64,000 nt of DNA from NCBI GenBank assembly GCA_030704615.1, contig CM060731.1, positions 38,626,001 to 38,690,000 of the forward strand, given 5' to 3'. The DNA comes from Takakia lepidozioides. Taxonomy: Eukaryota > Plantae > Bryophyta. This document shows, in pieces, positions 37,880 to 50,970 of the stretch; position 1 is the stretch's first letter; every line of letters starts with the position of its first letter. Under the pieces are notes generated by a model. That model was given only the letters and a program-made list of their open reading frames with translations. It was not told the DNA's origin and did no database searches. Both the position numbers and the translations under genes were made by a program.

Positions 37880-38386
37880 ATGGATGCCAAAAGTGTGTTC
37901 AAAATAGTGTTGATACTTCTATGTCTCATAGTTTCTATAGTCCCAACTTGTTGTCTCATAGGTTCGGCCCAAATCCCAGCTTGTTGTATTCCAAATTCCA
38001 GCGGGACTTGTTGTTTATATCAATCATACAACCTAAATATGTTTGGAATATACTACCTCAATAGTCCGTCTTCGACATACAATCTTGTCATGCAAAGGGA
38101 CTGCAATTTGGTGCTATATAAGGTAGGTATTATTCAAGCTGTACTATGGAGCAGTGGCACATATGGTAAAGGTTCCAACTGTTACGCTAATATGCAGATT
38201 GATGGAAATTTGGTGGTTTACGATGGAGAATTCCGTGAGCTTTGGAACTCTGGTCCACATATTTGTCCACAAGGAGATGCACAAGAATTCGTCCTTATGA
38301 TACAAGATGATGGGAATCTTGTTATTTATTGCGTCGGTGCCTTAGCGGTCGATCCTGTATGGAGTACTGGAACAAATGGTGAATAG
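37880..38386 (+). CDS. Secreted GNA-related (bulb-type, mannose-binding) lectin, 168 aa, intronless
   Basis: Hydrophobic signal peptide and three QxDxNxVxY motifs (QRDCNLVLY, QIDGNLVVY, QDDGNLVIY). Confidence 0.92.
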   Translation: MDAKSVFKIVLILLCLIVSIVPTCCLIGSAQIPACCIPNSSGTCCLYQSYNLNMFGIYYLNSPSSTYNLVMQRDCNLVLYKVGIIQAVLWSSGTYGKGSNCYANMQIDGNLVVYDGEFRELWNSGPHICPQGDAQEFVLMIQDDGNLVIYCVGALAVDPVWSTGTNGE

Positions 38387-38877
38387 TAATATTGTAAAAT
38401 GACTTAGAGATGCTAGCTCTAAATGCAATAGCTCAAAAATATGCTACTCGATGATGATGATGATGATAACATTTGAGATTTTTATGTCAAATAATTTATG
38501 GATTCATTGGAGTAAGACCATATTTTTAAATAAACTGCAGTGTAGTTTTGGGTTATTAAAAACTTGGTCATTTTGAGCATTGATGTGAAGTGGATGGACA
38601 ATTGCACAATCATCCAACTTACATTGTATGGATGAAGAAATGAAGTGGAGATTAGGGGATGAATATAAGTCATGAGGGGGATGAATGAAGGGAAGAAGAC
38701 GGATGAACTTTCAAGCATGAAGGGTGTTCATCCGAAATCAAGTATGGGTTCAAATTTGGATCTAAGAAAGTGAAGTAACATCTGTTCAATTACACGGTGC
38801 AGATTGCTCAACGTAAGGGAAGAGGTCTATATAAGCTAAACAGCCTACTACTTAAATTGCCCTCATACTAACATAGG

Positions 38878-39680
38878 TTGCTTCAAGCTTGGACCCAGGC
38901 AGGGTTGGACAAACTGAACCCTACTGGTAGATTTCTTTCCAAACTAAGAGCAGTCAACATAGCAAGTCAACGAATGAGCCAAGTTCTGGCAGCCATTAAA
39001 AAGAGGGTTGCAGCCCTTACCAATAGTCTCAAAGTCTGTCAAATCAGATTGGAATCCCCTCGTTGTGATGAACATACATACCACACCTATGTAAAGACAA
39101 GGAACAACCTTGACATACATCAGGAACTTCAGGAACGAAATGAAAACTATAAGCTGAAATCAGTAGGTCAACCAAGGGTGGAAAAATGACTAAGTACTTT
39201 TTTGACAAAGACCAAGCTGAGGAGGGCCTCACAGAATATTACAGAACTCACTGACCAAACATCTGGTCTCTCTGCAACCTCTCCCAAACCATGGCTGAAC
39301 TGACCTCCAACGACTTCAAGTCGTTTTTTCATAGTGATCTCAACTACCTCTCTCTAGCAAACCTTCAAAAAACATGTCTGGAACATACTCTGACTATTCT
39401 TACACCACATACAACTTCTGTGCTTGAAGGTGAGTTCACCAACATGAAACTCAAAGATGCCCTCTCCAAACTTCAAGACCACAAATCTTCAGGCATTGAT
39501 GGAATTACTGTGGAGTTTTACAAAGCACTCTGGTTGGACATTTCCCAGGATTTCACCTTAATGATTAACCATGTCTTTCTCCAGCACTTTTTGCCTCCTT
39601 CTATGTCTCAGGGTGTCTGATACTCTGATTTACAAAGAAAAAGACAGAACGAATATCTAACTACCGTCCCATAACCCTAG
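38878..39680 (+). mobile_element. L1-type LINE ORF2 fragment (linker and RT start)
   Basis: TKYFF; KSSGIDGITVEFYKALW; TLIYK...YRPITL. Confidence 0.85.
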
Positions 39681-42600
39681 TTCTCAACACTACAACAGAA
39701 TGTCGTATTTATGACTACATAATGACTATCCTGCAGTCATAAACGGTACATATGACTCCAATGACTGCAAGAGATGTAAACCGTGTGAATAGAATGACTA
39801 CACGATGGCAATGACTATAGTCATGTGAACCAAGTCATATTGCTCATTGTAGTCATATATACCATACTGCAGTCATATATTTACCTTTCTCTCATAACTG
39901 TGCTGCGCCACGTGACGAGACGCAACTGCTTAAAAAATTAAAAAGAAATAAAATTAAAATTATGTCAAATGCCACGTTGTGCCACGTGGCATGATGCATT
40001 TTTATAATAATAATAATAAACCACGTGGCAGTCCATCTAGTGTGCCATGTGCTATCCCCTATTCACCTACTAACCATATGGCCATCTTATCCATTTGATT
40101 ATACTTGGAGAAGTTCGAACCGGCAACCTCTTTGCTATAAGACTTATCATTTCTGTAGAATAAAAACTATAATGAATTCCAATGACAGAATTAATCAGTT
40201 CAAAGTTCGTTCACAGGAAAAGCACAATACAATGATGAAATAACGATACCAAACTGCTCAATTCTTAAATTCCCTTCTAATTGGTTTCTACCATCAATTG
40301 TCAACATCTAATTCGATTAATGACATCCCATTCCCAAAGTTATTATTCCAATTAATTCTGGGTATCCCTCAAAAGGTCTGTACCAAACTTATATCCAAAT
40401 TGCCTCCAGTAACAGACTCTGTATAGGATCGACAGCTCTATATTCCATCATTTACTCACAAGTTCTAATTTAAACATTTATGCGTCAATGTAGCACAACA
40501 TTTTAAATATCTCGATCGATATATCATCTGGTAATCTCGTAATTAACTCCTGTGCATAATTCTCTGTCTTTTCATTGATATTCATTCTCTCTATCTCAAG
40601 ATAATGTCACAGTTTAACCACTTCAGAAATCAATACATTTTCCTTTATTGACTCTCCCTTTCACTCTTCCTCAGGTTTCTTCAACAGAAAATACAATTTC
40701 TTTCATTTTTTTTTTTCCCACAGTATGTCAAAGTATAGAATTGCAAAACTAATCTACCATTGAGGAATATGATCTATTGTCCTATCTTCTTCTCTATTCT
40801 ACATACTCTCACACACACTCACTCATTTTCCTGGTCACGGCTCTTCTGGCTCATCTGACATCGATTAATTCAACAGCAGCTTAGACATAGCGAAATTGGT
40901 TCAACAACTATTGCAACCACTTCTAACCTCTTCTATTCATCCAAAAGTTCCATCCAATGTTTTCATCCAATATCGAATAAAATCAGATTATCCAGTCTCA
41001 AGAAGTCCCCCAAGTTAATGCCCTTCAATCCGAGCAAGCAATTGCGCTATAAGAGTTGTTTTTCAGAGAACTGACGTTGTAGGGCTTTTGATGAGTTGCA
41101 TACATTTTGCAAGTTTGATGTATCATGGACACCCGCACACAAAAGCATAGCACTCACCTTCCATTGGATGATAATTGCGTTGAGCCTCAGATAGTACCTC
41201 GCCAACAATGACATGAATTTGCAATTCGGTTACCTGCCAAAATCAAGTGGATGATCCTTGTTCTGCTTCAGGAAGCTGACGATCATATATTCCACAAACC
41301 GGAGGATTAAATTTAGGAAGTGGGAGAACTACCTCCCCGTCATTCAAAAACTTGTCATCCGACACTAAATCAGGAATATAAAGCCAATCAAAAGTAGTAT
41401 TTGAAGCAATGCTATTTGGAGGTATCTGAAATTCGTTACGAATTGTTGGACAATCAATTTTAGGTGGATCCTAAACCATTGGAGGATCGATCTCAGGTTG
41501 GCTCAAACTAGAAGAAAGCACCATCGCATGACACTTGACACCATCAGGAATTAGAAAGAGAAGACTCTGGCCGAGACCATCGTAACTCAAAACCACTTCG
41601 CTTCACGGCTACTGCCCTTTTTTGGGGGTGGGCCCTATAAAGAAAGTAGGTGTCAGGGGACACCAGGTAGCCAAGGGAGAGAGGTGCCTAGGGTACCAAG
41701 AGTACCAAGGGTACCTTGGGGTACCTAGTGTATCGAAGGGGGGTTGGATTCAAGTTGTCGCTTAAGGTAGTTACACCCAAATGTGAGTAGGTCTCAAAAT
41801 GGAGCCCTATTTTTGGGGTCTAAACTGGTCCTGCCTACCAAATGGCGACCTTACATTCAGCGGGCTGATCTAGGTTCCTTTATGGACATTGTGGGCTACA
41901 TGTAGCTCTGTTAGGTGAACAAAACCACTCTGAATACTGTGTGCAGTGTATTTACCAAATGGAGGCTTATTAATAAAGTTGAGTGCTTAATGTAAGCACA
42001 TTGTTATTCTAATTAACTCTTTATGGTGTATAGGGCTGATCAGAATTGCTTTGAGATTTTTTCTAAATGCCTTGGCGGCTGCTCAATTTCAGATTCAAGT
42101 GGGTCCCGTTCACTTTGGGTGGTCCTGTTTACAACTCCATGAGGTGAGGTTAGGGCGCGAGAGGACAAGAGGTGGAGGGCCCTAGCCTACGATAGGTCGA
42201 TACAAAGATTCTCTTAGTTTAAGTGAGCACCATTGTGGAAGAAATGGGGGTCCATTTCGGGTTGCAGGTGACCATTTGGCAAACATCATGGCGACAACAG
42301 GGCTTACTGCACTTCACTTATCCCATCTCCTTCATTTCGCTACTGCACCATAGGATACCATTTGCTTGAGGGGTATAGCCCACTTTGAGAATATATATCA
42401 ATTAGCCACTTGGGCCAAAATTCAGGCAATTGATACCACAAGCTGTTTGTTCAATTGCTCATCTGCTCATATAATTTTTCCCCTACTGCACAGAGTGGGC
42501 ACATCTGCTTAAACGCTCACATTTGGGTGTAGCTACCTTATATTTAGTAATAATAGCTATGAGGGAACGAAGTGCTGTGAGGTGGCGCTGTTGCCTTGAA

Positions 42601-45089
42601 GCCTAGTTGTTACACGTCGGACGTCACGTCCAAACCGGACGTTGATCCGTGTATTTTTTTATTTTTTATTTTTACGATATACTTTTATAATGTATAATGA
42701 CATGGCAGCCACGGTGTAAAACACACATGGACAATGTTTTATTTTAAGGCGCGACCGCCAACGGACGGGCATCCGTCCGCAGGCATCAATATTGGCGGTT
42801 TGCCGTTTTTTTTTTTTCAAATAAAGTGACCATAATTTAGGCGATCGTTTTTTTTTTGTTTTTAAAGAAAATCAGGCGTCCGCCAATATTGACATCCCTT
42901 CAAATTTTTAAAAAAAAGAGAATAAAGCGTTTTCAATAGGCGTTGGGTCAAAAGGGACTATGTCATTAGTAATCCATTCCTTCCATAGAGGATACTAGGG
43001 TAGCCTATGCCGTTGGCCCAAGTGTCCAATGTCATCTAAGTCCATCAAGTGCATCAATATATGACATTGGACACTTGGGCAAAGGGCACAGCCTGCCCTA
43101 GTATTGATGAAAGCAGAACTGAAATATCCTCATTTTCGAAATTTGCATATAGTAAGGTGACCACTTACCAAGGTCAGGGTCAACCAAGAGGGAATTACCT
43201 AACCTTGTTCAATGCCTCCACTCCCTGCCTGCAGCACCTCTGTTCCAGAGAAGTGTGTGTGTTTGTCGGGCTCCCCCAGGACCTTCAGGATCATAAAAAC
43301 TGGAGCCTCGTACTTTTCTTTGCCTCCCCTGTATGGTTACTCTCATTGCAGACACAGACCCCTGGATAAAACAGCATAGACCTTAACATTGTACCAACAT
43401 AAAGAATGAAATGGAACTTTATATCGTCCGCCCAAAGTCTTGATACTTCATGCCAAACTGAATCTGGGGCCAGTGATTGATAACTGCCAAGGTTGTGAGT
43501 ATTAATGAATCTTTCTGGCCAGCTTGTATTATGGATCAACAACATCAAGTTCATCTGTGGAAGGTTATGCGAGACCCCACCATCGGGTGTTCACCTCGAC
43601 CTCTGAGCCAATCCCTCATCCTGTCACTTGTCCTCACAGTCATTGATTCCTCAGTATGTGTACAATTTTAAAGCTTGCAAGTGTGCACAATGGTGTTCTG
43701 GATATAGACCAACGGTCCAAGATCACCCGATTTCAGAAACAATTGCAACAATGAGGTGGTGTGCATTGAGTGTTCGCTGAGCTCACCTTGGGTGAAAGCA
43801 GAGACAACTGCCATGGTACAACATCGAGCACAATCTGCTGATTGTCAGACACATGCTGGGGACGATTTTAAATATCATCCACAGTCACCCTGGCCTGAAG
43901 AACAGGCAGAGGGAGTCAACAAGAAGTCTGCTGGCACTTGTAATGATGTGAGGGCATTAGGCGGCTTGGGAAAGCTTGAAGCTCGGAGGCTCTAAGTGTA
44001 GCATCGGATTCGCACCTGCGGCGAATTGGGCTGGAGCAGTCGCGGAGGTTGGCTGTCACGGTGCCGGCTATCGAGGCTGCGGTCGAGCTTTCTGTGAGTG
44101 AGTGAGTTGATTGGCTTCCTGCTCCTGTTTATGTGTCAATAGCGATGTGGTAGTAATAAGTCCAATTGACCTGCTTTAGGTTTAGGGTTTCAGTCGGATT
44201 TTTACTTTTTATGGGGGTGGCGACGAGCGCGGGTGAATGTGGTCCTCATTGGCGTGATAAGGATATTCTCCGATTTTATGTTGTGGGTTTTCTGATTTCT
44301 GATGGGAACCTGTAGTGTTCATGGTTTAAAAGATGATTTCTTGAACCAAAGGGCTTTAGTTGTCAGAAAACAGTGCATGCTTAGGATTGCCTCTTGAGTT
44401 TTCCAACTTCAGTTCTGGAGCTGGTTGCCTACTTCTCGTTGCTCTTCGACATCCATGACTATAGATGCGAAATCGGGATTGGTGGCGAATGGAATTGTTG
44501 GGCAGAAACGCATGCGGGAAGAGAAACGTGAAGAGAAATAGCGAGGTGATGAGAAAATCTAGTAGGGTATGGTGAAAACGATCGTAGGTTTCTCCGTTTC
44601 TGGGTCTGTTGTGGTGTATGAATACCCCGAAGGCCTCGCGTTCTCAGTCACACCGCTCTGGCTCCGCTGTGTATTCTGGGCGCCCGCTCCGCTCAGCTCT
44701 GTATTCTGAGTGCTTTGTCGCTCCCCTTTGTGTTTGTGTGCGGCCGGGCCCATCGCTGGTTAGTAACTCCATCTCTCCCTCTCTTCTCATCTGTGCATCC
44801 CATCGCTGCGGTCTGTCGATCGATGGTGGTTGATTTTGGCCGCTTCAATTGTCAAGTGTTTTCTGTGGCGATGTTGCAGTGGGTGGGGGTTGGGGTGCCA
44901 TCTTGCAGGGTTTGTATGCTTGTAAAGACAGCTGCGGCATTACGGGGGATACTATTCTTTGTTGTGCTTTTGCTGTTTCTCTTCATTATGTGCCTGGTAG
45001 TTAATTTGTGTGAATTGGAGAACAAATCCTTGCAGGCGCTGTGTGAGTGTCGCTTGCGGAGAAGCTCTTTCCTCTAAGTTTATGCTCCT

Positions 45090-46280
45090 ATGGAGCGTAT
45101 TTTTTGGAAATCGGAATTATTTGGGCCCGTTGGGGTTTTAACTACTCCTGATGGCAAGATCGACTTCCGTAGACTTGGTAAGGAGTATGGGTTGGATCCG
45201 ATTACCATCAAACTCGGTGGGATCGATGGTGGGATCGGTGTTCCTACAGATGCCGACCTTTTGTCAAGGTCTCTGTGGACAGATATCAAGAACTACTTGA
45301 GTGCAGAAGGAACGAAAGAAGATCCCGTGATTGTCAGTTGTCGTCCTAAAGGTATGTGTTGCTTCGTTTCCCTTTGTGCTCTATTCTTAAACCTTGAGGC
45401 GATTGTTTCCTTAGTTTGCTGTGTTGAAACCCAAACATCTGATTTATCTGATTTTATTACGTTTCATGCTTTGATTTGCCCCACGATTGGGATTACGAGC
45501 TAATTAGTTACTAATTAGACAGCGCGAAGATTTGCATTCGTCTCATAGATAGTTATGTCTTTGTTTGTTTAGGATTCTTTGTTTTTTCTTCAAGAATCGG
45601 ATGCTTGTGTTTTTCATGGCATATGAGGGTTACCCTGTTGTAGTGAAACTTGTGCCGTCTGGTTCAGAACGTGCAGAGGTGATGCTTCTTTCTTTTGATG
45701 GGATCCATTGTTGTGAAAGTTTTAAATGTATATTTGCGTTACATGTAATATCTTGTGTGTACAGGCTCTCTTGACTGAGATAAGGGCCTATAACAAGCTG
45801 AAGAAGTACTGGGGAAAATACGTACCGGAGCTTGTATCGTATGGGACTACTGCGGGGGGCAAAGTTGTGTACATTACAACCGAATTCATCAACGGTCATG
45901 AAATTGGAATGGGTATGTTACATAATGAGCTTGCTTTTACTGTGTTCGTGTAGTAGGGCAGTCTTTACTGTGTTACATGTAGTAGGGTACTAATATGTTG
46001 GATGCACGATTTGCAGCAGGAGTTTTGACCCCAGAAGCGGTGAAGGCGACATTTGATCACTCAACGTTGTGCATGAATTCTTCATGGGGACATCCGGAGC
46101 AATAATATCTTGGTTGTAAAGAGAGAGCAGGGAGTTCGTTTAATTGATTTTGGGTTTTCTAGTCCCATCACCAGCATTGAAGAGTGCAAGAGAGAGCGTG
46201 CACAGCTGGAATACATGTTGAAACAATTTTCTGGTTCTCATTGGTTCCGTTCAAATGGATACAAGTTTCGCATTGCGTGA
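45090..46280 (+). CDS. Small spliced gene or pseudogene: N-terminal 'header' domain plus minimal protein-kinase-like domain
   Basis: Putative exons 45090-45351, 45573-45678, 45765-45912 and 46020-46280 with GT-AG borders. Motifs [28 protein letters not shown]. Confidence 0.65.
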
Positions 46281-46529
46281 TGTGGAGAAGGAGCAAAAGG
46301 AATTTTCTCTTTGCTACCACAGTGAAAAGCTTGCCATTGCTTTTGGGCTCATCAGCACATCCCCTGGGACAACTATCCGCATCATCAAGAACCTTCGGGT
46401 TTGTGGTGACTGCCACACAGCCACAAAATTCATCTCAAAAATTGTTGGGCGAGCAGTTGTTGTGCGGGATGCCACCCGCGCTTTCACCACTTCCAAGATG
46501 GGGTATGTTCTTGTGGGGATTACTGGTGA
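46240..46529 (+). pseudogene. Orphan DYW cytidine-deaminase domain fragment of a PPR RNA-editing factor
   Basis: [11 protein letters not shown]...[10 protein letters not shown]...RD, then after a frameshift [15 protein letters not shown]. No PPR tract upstream. Confidence 0.92.
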
Positions 46530-49073
46530 TACAAGTAGCTTATCAGCAGCTACACAAATGCTTGTCCAAAGAATATTCTCCTCAGAGACAACTCGCATTT
46601 GAACTTACTGCTGGTGTCAGGAAGCCTAAATTTGGAGACCTTCACACATTACGCATGTGAAAAAACAGTCGGACAATATATCACCCAGCCTGAACTACGG
46701 TCCAGTGAGGTAAATATCTGTGGGCTAGCTATGAGATGATTATGCAAGTCTGCTGTGTCTTTCAATTATTTTCATTTGAATGTCAGATGACGTAATTTAT
46801 GTCAAGAGGCACAGGTTTTCATCTTTTGAAATTTGGTCTTCAAATCTGATCACAGACTTAACAGATTAATTACACATTTTCTGCAGAATACTGAACTTTC
46901 AGGAATCCTAACCTGTGAGACCCATGGACATGTGCTGGCATAATGTTTGTGTGAGAGAGAGAGAAAGAGAGAGAGATGAGAACATCACTATAGTTAGCTT
47001 GCTATGGGCTTGTGGCCTTCGACTTTACACAGCCCAGAGCAGAGATGATGATATCTCATTGTTTGTTCCCTGGGAAGGAGATGCATTTGAGGGCATTGTC
47101 CACATGGGATACTTAACCATCTGTAAGTTGTGGTGGAGTTCTATGAGCCAGAACTTGCCATAGCTTGGACATAGTTGGAGATTTGTTCTCTAGATTTTGC
47201 TTGCTGTCTCCTGGTGAGCATAGACCATGCACCCAGTTTGGTGGGAGGAGGGAAGGGTAGGAGATGGGTTTGGCAGAGGACAGCAGAATGGGGCCCACTG
47301 CTATCGCTGCCGGTGCACTGCACCAGTAAGACCTACCTGAGATTGAGTTGGTACTGGCCGACACAAAACTTATGGCTCTAGTATCAACTGGAGACGAGAG
47401 ATGACGGAGTTTCGACTGATTGGATGCCTTTGTTGGCCAGGTGTCGAACACATTCTACTTCACATGCTCACTCGACCCTGCAGCTGTGAAGGTTGGTACA
47501 TTATGTGCGCAGAGTGATGCCTGCCACTGAAGAAGAGGGGCGTGGCTTATCTTGCTCGCTACGATGCCAACCACCTGGTTAACTCTTGCTTACTTACCTA
47601 TTAAGTTTGCCAATGTATCTGTCTGTTGGAGCCTCTAGACGTCACTTTCAATCATAACCTTCAACAAGGTGGGAGGGAGGCAAAGTCACTCCTAATATCC
47701 CCACTGTGTGGAGCATATCTGAAAGGACCCTGAACTGTGAGAAATCCAAAAGGCCCTGGGACATTTTAGTTGGTTCACCATGGACACATGCTCAGTAACT
47801 GTATATCTCATAAAAGCTGAATTGGTCATAGGGTCCTCCATACCTGCTGCTAGTGGTTTGACCTGAGGTCCCCAAATGACAATGATGATGAAAGTTGAGC
47901 TCCAAGAAAATAGTTATATACAATTTGGATGCTCACACAAAACCCTGGCTAGACGACGCAAATCATCTGGCACCTCGAAATTGTGCTCTGCCAGCCATTT
48001 TCAGGTGGCAAAAATTTATGGTTTGGAATATCCTTAAAAGTGCTTAGCAGAGTACGTGATGTTTTATCAATCGTAGCTCATCCCATCAAGCAACTTTCAC
48101 TTTTCCTGATATGGAAACTAAAGTTCCATACAAATTTGTTTACGCAGTCCATAGAGGGACTGAAGGCCTCCCTGGAGTCTATCCTGCCCGTTACAGCAGT
48201 CGCCATCTTGTCGGCAACTTTTCAACGTGCTGCCATGGTCTCCTGTTTTCAGGAGTTGGACAGGCCCATTCAAAGACCTTGGCTGCCACACACAGAGAAA
48301 GAGGTGACTCCAGTTAAAGTCAACAATATCAAGAACCTCCTCCCTCCATAGAAACACTGCCCGATACTTTAAGTCACTAAAGGCCAAGTTACATGATGCA
48401 AAAAGGACCCAAGAGTGCTATGTGCGGTCTTTTTAGAAGACTCCAAACTCTTGCAGTTCAATTCTTTCTTTATGGATATGGAGGGATGGACTATTGCACT
48501 GGGCATCAAGAACTCCCTGGTACCAAAAGGCCAGCAGCAGCTAACTGGGGAGTTCCTCTACATCTACTCTAGAACCTGGTAAGCTAAGAATTTAGTTTGT
48601 GTTCTCATTGAAAGCAAATGCTGGAAGATAAGCAAATGAATTCAAGTGTAGCTAACTTCACATCTCGAAAGTTGTTGCCACAGTGAGTAATGATGTACAG
48701 GAGTTACAAGAGACTTATCAACGTGCCCAGGTATGTGCCCAATACAACTGAAGGGAGTCCAGCTTGGCGTGCTTGGACCTTAGTGACAAGTATCAAGGTT
48801 TCTACAAACTAAGCGGCTTATTAACACTTGCTGCAATTGCATTTAAACCCTGGACTACCACAGTTTGTGGATGTTGCATATGGAAAACTCAATTAGAGTT
48901 TGCGAGCTAGGCCTTCAATGTCTAACTTGTCCAGGCATAATGCCCGATGGGTGGGTGCCTTGAAGACTTGCCCACTTTCAGATACAATGTTCATGGTGTT
49001 TTCTCCATCCACCCTCTTCAGGACCACCAAGAACATAGCCCCTGCGCCTCTGTTCAGCAACTTTCGAAATCTC

Positions 49074-49429
49074 TGTCAAGTTAAATAAGCACAGTGTGAA
49101 AACAGCTAGAATAAAACTAGTTATTTGTATTTAACACTTGGAGTTAGGTCAAGTGTTAAATCAGGTGTCAAGTTTAGTTTGACACCTGGTCTATCTTATC
49201 TTCACGAGAGCGGCAGTCGTGCAGCTCATCTTTCTCGAGTTGAGCCTGCGCGACCGAGCTCCTGCATGTGTTTAGGTTTTAGTGTGCTTATGTAGGGATA
49301 CAGGTTGTTGTGGGGTGGAGTCCCCATAGCTTGGGGTGCCCCTGGCTCGACTTCAGTTTCAATGAGTGATAGCGATGGATTTTATATTTCTTGTGTTGGG
49401 AGTGTATGTCCTTTCAAGCTTCTTTATCA
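49074..49429 (+). repeat. Family-B 5' repeat A1 (3' part of the LTR, ends TTTATCA)
   Basis: Near-identical to 60625-60977: three transitions plus homopolymer indels. Confidence 0.95.
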
Positions 49430-49808
49430 CTCGAGAGAGATCAGCTCTTACCTGTGAGTGCAAGGTAGGAGTTGTGGGTTAGCACTTGCAAGATTACCTG
49501 TGTGTAAGTAGTGCTTAGTTTGAGAAGCATATCATTGAATGTGATCACAAGATTCAGCGTGCCCTGAAACGCCTGGAGGATGACGATGCCGGAGCCACCA
49601 CTGTTATTGCAGTCGCTAAAGCTACCAAGTCACCAGAGGCTTTGGAGTACACGAGGAGAGACTTAAAAATGCAGCAGCAAATGCTAGTTGGCACCTATGC
49701 GTGATCCTTGAAGCTGGATGATTGTTTCCCCAGTAAGCTTAGAGAGAAGCTCTACCGTGCAGCATGGAGCAGCGCTGGCAAGCGGTGAACGCTGATACCT
49801 GCACTCTT

Positions 49809-49895
49809 GCAGTCTTGGAGTCCAAGCTAGGACACAGGGAATATGACCGGTCAACAACCAAGGTGCTGCATTTGATCAACAATCCTGAAGTGGAG
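49809..49895 (+). pseudogene. MAD1: Captured fragment of spindle-checkpoint protein MAD1
   Basis: AVLESKLGHREYDRSTTKVLHLINNPEVE resembles the conserved MAD1 segment around the MAD2-binding motif. Confidence 0.7.
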
Positions 49896-49906
49896 GGAGA
49901 ATTGCG

Positions 49907-50248
49907 ATGGCCGCAGTAGCGCCATCTGCAGCGGAGGTGCGGGCGCTGTTGAGAGGCTTTCTCAGAGAAGCGTGAAGATTTACGCACTATAATGTGCGGG
50001 AGTACGTGAAACGGCGAAGTCGGGAAGCGTTTAAGGACAATTCCGAGCTGTCGGATCTTTCCAGCGTTGTCTCTGCTTTCAATCAGGGGAAGCAGCAGCT
50101 GGAATTGACTAGGCGGCAATCGGTTGTGTATTCGTTGTATCAACCTCGAATGACGAGTATAATGGACTTGAAGATTCGCAAGGGGGACTCGGACTCAAGG
50201 ACTCGATTCTGCTGGGAAGAAAAGGATTTTGGTCTGCAGATTGGATAG
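49907..50248 (+). pseudogene. LYRM4: Captured near full-length LYR-motif protein 4 (ISD11) with an in-frame TGA at 49973
   Basis: MAAVAPSAAEVRALLRGFLREA*RFTHYNVREYVKRRSREAF...RRQSVVYSLY..SIMD. Confidence 0.85.
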
Positions 50249-50749
50249 TCCATTCCGATTGTACATCCCGCCCGTCAAACTTGCATAATAACGTGGAAAG
50301 TTTAGGTTTCAGGCTGTCCTGTGTGCTTGATGTGAAATGGTTGAGTGGAATAGTAAAATCTCTGAGAATGTAACAGGCTCGAGACAAAGTCAAAAGCTGG
50401 ACTCTGCAGGTGAAGGGGAGTTTTCTTCTGGTTTTCTTTCATTTGGTGAGCATGCCGGGAGCGTGGAGGTGTGAGGAGTGGCAGGGCTTTCATCAGTTGC
50501 ATCTTTCTCAGCTGCTGTGTGTTTCACTAGTTGAACATCTTCGAAGCTGAATTACGGCTTAATTGGAAACCCGTACCCTGCTACTTCTGCCTATCAAGGT
50601 TATGGTGGGGGTGGATCAGGGGGGCAGGTGTTCCAGCTCCAGTTGTGTGCATATGTAACCTACCTCCCCGTAATCTCTTTTAGTTCTCCTCTAGGAGAGG
50701 TTACTTACTTGGACTGACAGGACCTGGATCAGTCTGGAAGAAAGTTTGA

Positions 50750-50970
50750 CCTGCGAATAACGTCCGTCCTTGCGATCCTTCTTCCTGTTCAAGAACCAGT
50801 CAGGTATCTTGAACTGCCGGGGATTCGCGACAATCACCATCAAGTTCTCCAGCTCCGCACCCGACAGCTCACCAGCTCTCTTGCTGGTGTCGACGTCCGC
50901 CTTCTTGCAGACCAGGTTAGCGAAACGGCGCCCCACTCCCTTGATGGAGGTCAAAGCAAACATGATCGCT
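50750..50970 (-). pseudogene. RPS18: Captured internal fragment of 40S ribosomal protein S18 (uS13), antisense to the element
   Basis: [32 protein letters not shown]...[24 protein letters not shown]; both ends of the protein are missing. Confidence 0.93.

Noticed and set aside
39700-41600. ATGACTA/TAGTCAT short repeats and an AT-rich decayed stretch, possibly a TE end
   Set aside because: No termini or coding motifs could be established by eye.
43290-44100. Possible degraded gene on the minus strand (weakly PPR-like)
   Set aside because: Multiple stops and no motif strong enough to call.
50691-50970. Functional RPS18 gene
   Set aside because: Only an internal segment is present, with no N- or C-terminal exons nearby, and it lies inside a retrotransposon.
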